The notes under the pieces: generated by a model | Seen by the model: only the letters and a program-made list of their open reading frames with translations | Database searches by the model: none | Told to the model about the DNA's origin: nothing | Shown here: piece by piece, positions 56,545-64,000 of the stretch | Layout: every line of letters begins with the position of its first letter | Position numbering within the stretch: position 1 is the first letter of the stretch | Position numbers and translations under genes: made by a program | NCBI GenBank assembly: GCA_020137815.1 | Contig: CM035357.1 | Location: 5,022,001 to 5,086,000 of the forward strand | Reading direction: 5' to 3' | From: Hormiphora californensis | Lineage: Eukaryota; Animalia; Ctenophora | DNA: 64,000 nt

Positions 56545-57421
56545 GGGTAAGCTGGGGCAGTTTGGCCCACCGGGTAAAGTGGCCCATGAATGGGACAAAA
56601 TGGCCCTATTTATTACATGTGGTCACGTGACTTTTTCTCCAGCGGAGACCTGCTCGTTCTGTTCCGGATTTTTGCTTTAAAACTGCTGTTATTTCTGTTT
56701 GAGTTGGCCGATTTTAATTTAGCAAAAACTGCCAGTTAGGTTTTTATCCTTCTAAAACTTAATATAAAAAACTCAATATTAAGTTGATTAAATTGTCAAA
56801 TTAGTCAAATTGGGGCAAATATGGTCCACTCTCTGGGGCAAAGTGGTCCTCCCTGGGGCAAAGTAGTCCACCTCTAGGACCAATGAAATGGAGCCTGCAA
56901 TACCACGTGATACCACGTGACATTGGAATGCACTGGGGCAAAGTGGTCCAGAACAGGAGCTGTGTGTGTGTGTGTGTTACCATGGTTACACACACACACA
57001 CAGTAGCATTTCTTAATCCCCAATCCTGATTGGTCCTCTTTATCCGCTTGGACCAATGAAATGTAGCTTGCAATACCACGTGACACTGCACAGTGTACTG
57101 GGGCAAAGTGGTCCAGACAACATGTGCCACTTTGCCCCAACTATCGGTGTTCTAACAACATCAGTCACGTGATAAAATTGAGCAATGCTATTGGCTTGGG
57201 CAACTTTGCCCCAGTGCAAATTTTCCAAAAAAAAGCCTCACCAAATTATTTGAATTGATTAATTAACCCATTAAATAAAACTTGCAGATTTTTAAATTTA
57301 GCTCGGCTGAAAGGAAAACGTCTCATTGGATAGCCTATATAATTTTTTCTTCCTGCTGTATATATTGCGTATTTTAGAACCTAAAACGTTAAAAATGGGC
57401 CACTTTCACCCCAGCTTACCC
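56545..57421. mobile_element. Second copy of the GGGTAAGCTGGGG MITE with an internal duplication and a (TG)n/(CA)n hairpin
   Basis: TA flanks; colinear with 44495-45251; extra segment ~56940-57110. Confidence 0.88.
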
Positions 57422-58106
57422 TAGTATTTTCATTTTGATGAATGGGAACATCTCTCTTCGCCTTGTAGCCTCAAACCCTTTCTCTCGCTCTCTCCCTCTC
57501 ACAATATCTCTTTAAACACAATGGCTACTGAATACCTACTTTTATTCTTAAAACGAAATCCTAAAGTCCTAAACATAATGGAAATCTTGTTGGAGCTCCA
57601 AGTTCTACTGCGATTAAACTTTTATTCTTAATTGTAGATGTACTTAGTACAGCACATAACAATTGCATTGCCGGATGTTAAACCTAACTACTGTAACATA
57701 AACTCACTTTACATACATTATATGGACTGTAGAGCTGGACTCTCAAAAGTATCAAAATAGTAGTTCTCTCTCTCTCTCTCTCTCACTGGTACTCTACAGA
57801 GCTCACACTAGAGTGTGCACTGCACTTTGCACATGCTAGTGAGCAGCGACCGAGAAGAGAATGATATTACGTAATGCTTCGATGAGTTGTATTAAATTCA
57901 ATGAGTCAATGGCGAACCCTGGCATGGACGAAACCTAAATCTAACTATTCGTTCTATATAGTTCTGTAGTGAACGGCACTAGAAGCCAACGACACTGGAG
58001 TGCAATGGGGAGAGGTCAGAGCAAAAAGGAAATAAGAGAGCTCCGATAGAGAGGAAACAGTGTGAACTACAGCTGCAGGAGATGGACAGTGAGAGAGAGA
58101 GGGAGG

Positions 58107-58184
<78 letters not shown>

Positions 58185-58354
58185 GCCGAGAGAGCGGACT
58201 GAAGCTCTTCCATATAACGACTTCCGTTCCACGAGAAAGGGAAAGATGGGAGCGAATTGTTAGGACGCGATGTGTGGAAAAAAGATGAATACAGAATAGG
58301 AGTTCTAGACGGATTGAAGGATACATATTTGGGAATTCTTCACAATTGGATATA

Positions 58355-59133
58355 GGGTAAACCGGGGCAAAATGGTTAACTTTTTACTTAATCGGTTCTC
58401 ACTCCCATTTTAAAAAAGATACAATGAAAAAAATTATATAGGATTAAAGTTCATTATTTTATCTTTCAAATAAGATAAATTTCAACTCTAGGGACCATCA
58501 TTTACTTAACTAAATAACTAATTGAAAAATTTTGGTCGGAAAAATTGGTACCGGGGCAATTCGAGCATCACCAATAGGAGTGCTTTATTTCGTCACGTGG
58601 GAGTCACGTGAACGTCCTCACAACACCAGAAGAAGATTCCCGCCTGGTGTTGTTAGAGGTGGGGGCAATTCGAACAATGTAATCTACACGCAATCTACAC
58701 GCTGGTCGTTCTTGCTCGAATTGCCCCGGTATCACGCGTGATCACGTGGTACAAAGAACTGCACATCATTGGCCCGGGAGTTAACCAAATTGCCCCGGTG
58801 TGTTAACCAAATTGCCCATGTTCGAATTGCCCCGGTTGTTCGAATTGCCCCGGTAATCTTAATTTACCAGAATTTGGAATGAAAACATGCGAATATTTAA
58901 ATAATTTTTATACCATCTGAAAGCTGATATTATTAGCTTTCAGCTGGTTTTTTCAAATCGGAAATTGACCAACTTAAACCGGATCTAGAGCCTATTTAGT
59001 GGTAACGGGCAGGCTCGAACGAGCAGTTTTCTTCTGGAGATAGGATGACGTCATTATGATAGCTTAACTAGGTGAGAGACGGGCAGTACTATGTTCGAAT
59101 TGCCCCGGTTGTTCGAATTGCCCCGGTTTACCC
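58355..59133. mobile_element. Related TA-TSD MITE with GGGTAAACCGGGGCAA TIRs
   Basis: TIR plus repeated internal ttcgaattgccccgg motifs; TA at both ends. Confidence 0.85.
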
Positions 59134-60887
59134 TACTCTCAAAATATGTATACAGTTCGGAAGTTCAGTATCTTATAGCTATGATAATAATGAAGCCACG
59201 AGTATAACAGATAAAAAGCAATAAAGTTCACATATAAATATATATAAAATATTAATATCATAGACAGTTTGCTCTCTCTCTCTCTATTGTCATGATCTTG
59301 TGAATGTACAACAATTCAATAACAAGGAAAATAGGACAGCATTGAGCAGTAAATCTTGTGAACCGGGCAGCTTCACTACTGAGAGAGAGAGGCACAGGCA
59401 CGGGCACAATGCGGAATCATATAGCCAGTCGGAAATAATATATAGTGACTCGCGCGTGCCTATCACTTCTAGGGAATACACCAGAAAGTTTCTGAGAAAC
59501 AGAAAAGCAGGGAAAGCACAGGGGAGATAAAGCACAAAAACGCAAACCCTGTTAGCATTTATGATAATACCGTTATACGATTAGCCATGTACTGTCCAGC
59601 TTTCAGAAAATATAGTTCGATAAACCAAAATAGCAAATTATTTTATTCCACAGATGCTACCACACTTCCCATTTTATTCCGATACATATGCAACTCGACA
59701 TGAGCTGCAGAATGATTCCCCTATATAATACCAATCTTTTCCTATAACAAAGATCAACTGTTCGCCCCACTTATCCCATTAAAAGCAAGGACCAGTGGTA
59801 TTATTATAGGGTCCTTAGGACCACGGAGAGCTCTTTTCTCCTGACTTATTCATGGAGCTCATCTCTCCAAGTGCCTAGGATCTCATCTCAAATACGGGAG
59901 AGAGTAAAGGTGATCTCTTAACAAGTGGAGCTCAGATCTGCATGGTGGCACCAGTATGGTTAGAGCCAGATTTGCATACAATATGGACATTGGAAGCTAG
60001 TCCATAATAACATATATAAAGATAAAGATCAGGGCCGCGATGAACAAGTTACAAGTATGTAGTTAGTATAATAGCACGAGCTATAGTATGTTTAGGAAAG
60101 ATCAAGCTACTATCATGGTTTTTGTATGTGGATCAGTAGGCTAATATGCAACATATATTATATGTGGCTTTGATATTCCCCTCTTTATACTGTCTTTTAC
60201 CTCTCCTTATCTGTCTATTTCAATATGACTAATGACCTTGATTCTTAACTTTCCCTTTGTATTAACCCCCACCCTCTATAATCCTAGAAATAAAGAATTG
60301 AGATAATACTGGTAGGTATTGATACGACGCGTTCTAGACTCACTTGGTAGTAAAGATTGGTTGCCATGGCAACTGTATCATTGTTACTCACTTGGTGTTA
60401 GGGTGAAGTACGTTTCCACTGTTCCTGGACATCTTATCTTGCGTCAATGGACTATTCTGAAACAGGAAAAGTTATTGTTATGTGTACACATGATGACCTC
60501 AAGCTGCTATTATAAAGATTACATTTAGATCAACTAAATTGTGCGCCCACCGGAAAATCCAATCCACGATTTAAGGGAATTACCGAATCTATTCTTTCTT
60601 AATCAAAACGAACGTGTCAGACCTCAGTACCTTCTAACCACACCAATACAATTTTCTCATTCGACGTTCAGTTCAGTATTCCAAGCAGGAGATACACCCA
60701 CTGGTGCAATCTTATAATATGAGATCAGCAGCTTCAATCAATGGAAAAGAAGAAGAGAAAATAATACTATTGCTGCGGGATCAACTGCACAGCAGATCTC
60801 TGTCGAATGGGGCAGGTGAGTAATCACTGGTGTGTATGCTCTCGAGATCATTGATCTATGTAAACTGGACTCCCCCTCAACAATAGT

Positions 60888-60920
<33 letters not shown>

Positions 60921-60924
60921 CTCT

Positions 60925-60979
<55 letters not shown>

Positions 60980-62205
60980 CCATCTCACCAGTCACCCCAC
61001 CACTGTTAGGAGGGATGAATGATCTCGGTACTTCTCTAGCAGTGTATGGATGCAGAGAAGAGAGAGAGAGAGAAAGAGAGATGACAATGGCCCTGAATGG
61101 TAACAATAGCTCAGTTGTGATCAGTGTTGCCAATAAAGAATATGGTCAGCTACAGATCTGTACAGGTTATAATCACTGTTCAGATAGAATTTGGGAAATA
61201 GATCATGGACACAACTTTGAACTTGGGCCAGGACTTATCTCAAAGTACAGGGTAGATGTCTGACGAGAAATATCGATAACTTTTTCAAATGTAACCGCGT
61301 CATCAAAAACAGAAAACGCAGTCCGGACTTTGAAAAGATTCAATATTTACCATTTGGTGGTTGCGATGGTATCCATTACGTCCGATATGTCCCATGTGAT
61401 GGTCCTCAGCTCCAATTCGACACCCGGGCGACATGTTACGAAAACACTAAAGCAATATATTTCAGAGGCTGACAAATCCCGGATTCGCTAAAACTGTCTC
61501 AACAGATCTATATATTTTATGTATGGAGGGAGGGGAAGGACAGGCAAAACAATTTTAAGTATCAGAGATTCAGAGGCGATGCGTTTGTGGGTTCCGAACT
61601 AATTGCTGCCAAGTAGATAGGGAAAATGGCCGAAGGCAAAACAGCATACACCTTTGGCGTGGTCACCAGTCGGTCAAATGCTTTAAATTAACACTATCTA
61701 ACTTTCCGCCAAAAGTAAGAAATAGATGCCAGAGAGACGCGAGTTTGTGTCTGCTTGACTAGTCACAAATCAAACGAATTAATATTCTTGACTTGCGTAA
61801 TATATTCAAAATAAGCTACGCTCTGTGAGTCCACGAAAGACAGACAGAGGGAGAGAGCTAGATAGAGAGGGAGAAAAAGATCAGAGACACTGGCAGAGAG
61901 ATAGAGCTAAAGAATTGCAACTGTGCAGCGCTTATACGCTTTGAATAATTAATGGCTTGACAGCAAGTTTTCTCAGGCGAAACAAGCATAAAATGCAAGA
62001 AGCTAATACCGAAATTGTTCAAGCATAGAAGAATTTCCATTGAGTCTTGAAACTGTCTGTAAAATTGTGCCAATTTTCACACTTTGGACTACTGCATGCA
62101 GTGAGTATAACAAGCACATGTGCAGATGGTAAAACAGCGTACAAGACGTGTCCTTCTCTCTACTTATCAGTACACACATGTCACATATGTATGTAAAAGG
62201 TACTA

Positions 62206-62305
62206 CAGTCGGACCCCGATTTAGGGACACCCTCGAAAGAAAGGCTCTTGTCCACTAAATCGGGGTGTCCACTAAATCGGTGGCCCCTAAATCGGGGTCC
62301 GACTG
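62206..62305. mobile_element. 100-bp mini-derivative of the CAGTCGGACCCCG pogo-like family
   Basis: Same TIR as 26882-27721; TA TSD. Confidence 0.85.
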
Positions 62306-62350
62306 TACTATAATTATAAAGAGGTTTTTCATATCAAATTAACAAGTTAC

Positions 62351-62462
62351 CTCTGCATCCTTCAGGATCTAAATGGTAGCTGGTAATCCTCCTAGATCTC
62401 CTGGCTGCCATGGGCGCTGAATATTGCCCCTCCAAACCTGCTGTACTCCATCTCGCTGCCAT
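62351..62462 (-). CDS. Candidate distal first coding exon of Kv-C (MAARWSTAGLEGQYSAPMAARRSRRITSYHLDPEGCR)
   Basis: ATG at 62462, 112 nt open, AG|GTAACT donor in phase 1, which joins in frame to the 44365-44323 exon and then the T1 exon. Confidence 0.4.
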
Positions 62463-62688
62463 ATGTGAGATCTAACCCACGGAGGGTGCAGTTTAGAGTT
62501 AGTTGAATATTAGAAAACAATACCTTGGAGCTAGTTGAATATTAGAAAACAATACCTAAAGAAACGAATGTAGCCTAGAGTATAATTATGCTAGCCTAGT
62601 ACATAATTATGCAAGGCAACTCTAGATATATCAACAAAATCTTCAAGGACTTGAAAAAATCATGAAGTGCATTCGTAGAATGTCACAT

Positions 62689-62823
62689 CCCTGCTGCAGT
62701 TCATTCGCGTTCATTCTCAAACCATAATGAATATTGTTGTTATGTGTTCCCACTGAGAATTCTCAGTGGGAAAACACAATATTTATTTGGTCTGAGAATG
62801 AAAGCGAATGAACTGCAGCAGGG
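62689..62823. repeat. Imperfect ~135 bp hairpin / tiny MITE
   Basis: ccctgctgcagttcattcgc...cccactgagaattctcagtggg...gcgaatgaactgcagcaggg. Confidence 0.75.
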
Positions 62824-63529
62824 AGGTGGCCTCTGCAGTCCTATATTGAATGCAGAGATTAAGAATTATATGTTCATTATTTAATCCAAATAGCATCTAT
62901 GATCTAAATTATATTAACGGATGCACGACAGTTTTATAGGGCGGGAAACACATTGAAGTTGGGTTTGGTACCATTGCTACCTATTCTCGCTTCGCGAGAT
63001 AAGATATGTGAGATCGATCTCGGTCGCTCGCGACACACACTGAAGTTCGAAGGTTCGCGGAAACCCATTTTCGGATGAGAAATCATTTGTAAGAGGCTAA
63101 CTTATTTACTGGTATATCTCTCGAAGTGTCCTTTATCCATACTGAGTCAATTTCACCGTTTTTGAAATTTTTGGCTAATTCGGTCACAGTTGTCCCAATT
63201 CACCAAAAATTTTGGTGGCCTCTGTATATTGTATTATAGTGTATACCAAAGTACCGCTCCCTGTTATAAAGCGAGTAGCTAGATAAATACAGGGCGGTTC
63301 AGAAACATGGAGCCACTTGGAGATAAAAGTTGGAAAAATACAATCCTCTCTCTATTGTACGTATCAAAATTTCAACGTGTTACCCTGTCAGTTGACAGGC
63401 TGATAATTTTTATGAAAGAGTGACTCTCTGTCGATCTCAATCCTCAGGGGACACCTTTTCTAGTCAATAGACCGTGAAAATACGTTTTTAATTACACTGT
63501 ACATTGGAGAGCGAACTGTATTGACACAT

Positions 63530-64000
63530 TAGCAGGAAACGACCGAACCGGGTTTTTTTCCACCGAACCGAACCGAACCGAATTTGAAAAACTTTTTTAC
63601 CGAACCGAACCGAACCGAACCGAACCGAACTTCGGTAACCGAACCGAACTGAACCATACAAAACTTTTTCTGTATAAATGTTTCTCTAAAAAGTCATGGA
63701 GAGCACCGATCAAGGTGTTGAGAATCATTCTCTGAAATTTTGTTAAAAAATGTTTGAAAAAATTTCAAAGTCAATTTTGTGAAAAAAATTTTCAAAGTCA
63801 ATTTTATCGTAAATTTTCTATGTCAATTTTTGCGTACGAATCGTGTTTCGAATCAGCAATGCTATACGGGAATGGTATTGCTAATTAGCAGGATTAAACG
63901 AACCATGAATCGTGTCTCTCTAAATTTCCTAATTAGATTTGATGGGGGATCACGTATCAGCACAATCCATCTCGGACCCACTAATTACCGACATCACTCC
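63530..64000. mobile_element. DNA-transposon end with (AACCG)n subterminal repeats, truncated by the window edge
   Basis: (ccgaa)n arrays at 63563-63655; interior 63690-63960 resembles 27290-27620. Confidence 0.55.

Overview
AT-rich, intron-containing eukaryotic DNA, most likely a ctenophore (inference from the Shaker paralogue sequences and the LRR-less LDLa-GPCR type). It holds a head-to-tail minus-strand cluster of three spliced Shaker/Kv1-family K+ channel genes: Kv-A 5581-7717, Kv-B 17406-19837, and Kv-C 41484-43982 plus upstream 5' exons. Probable 5' exons of a fourth gene run off the left edge. Between Kv-B and Kv-C is a repeat-rich island with an intronless LDLa-repeat rhodopsin-class GPCR that has lost TM5 by deletion, plus an internally deleted duplicate of it. 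Intergenic and intronic DNA is full of non-autonomous DNA transposons whose termini and TSDs point to several superfamilies (Kolobok, Chapaev, Academ, Transib/RAG-like, Tc1/pogo, Helitron-like); many are near-perfect 0.7-1.3 kb palindromes. There are also LINE relics and many (GA)n/(CT)n microsatellites. The most notable observations are: (1) a Transib/RAG-like element with RSS-heptamer ends, a 5-bp TSD and bipartite TIRs whose spacers differ by one helical turn; (2) nucleotide-level homogenisation of only the pore region among divergent Kv paralogues; (3) a minisatellite made of tandem complete 3' splice sites in Kv-C; (4) a PFP gate, Cys-rich turrets and candidate alternative N-terminal exons in the channels. 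All gene models were assembled by hand and need RNA-seq confirmation.
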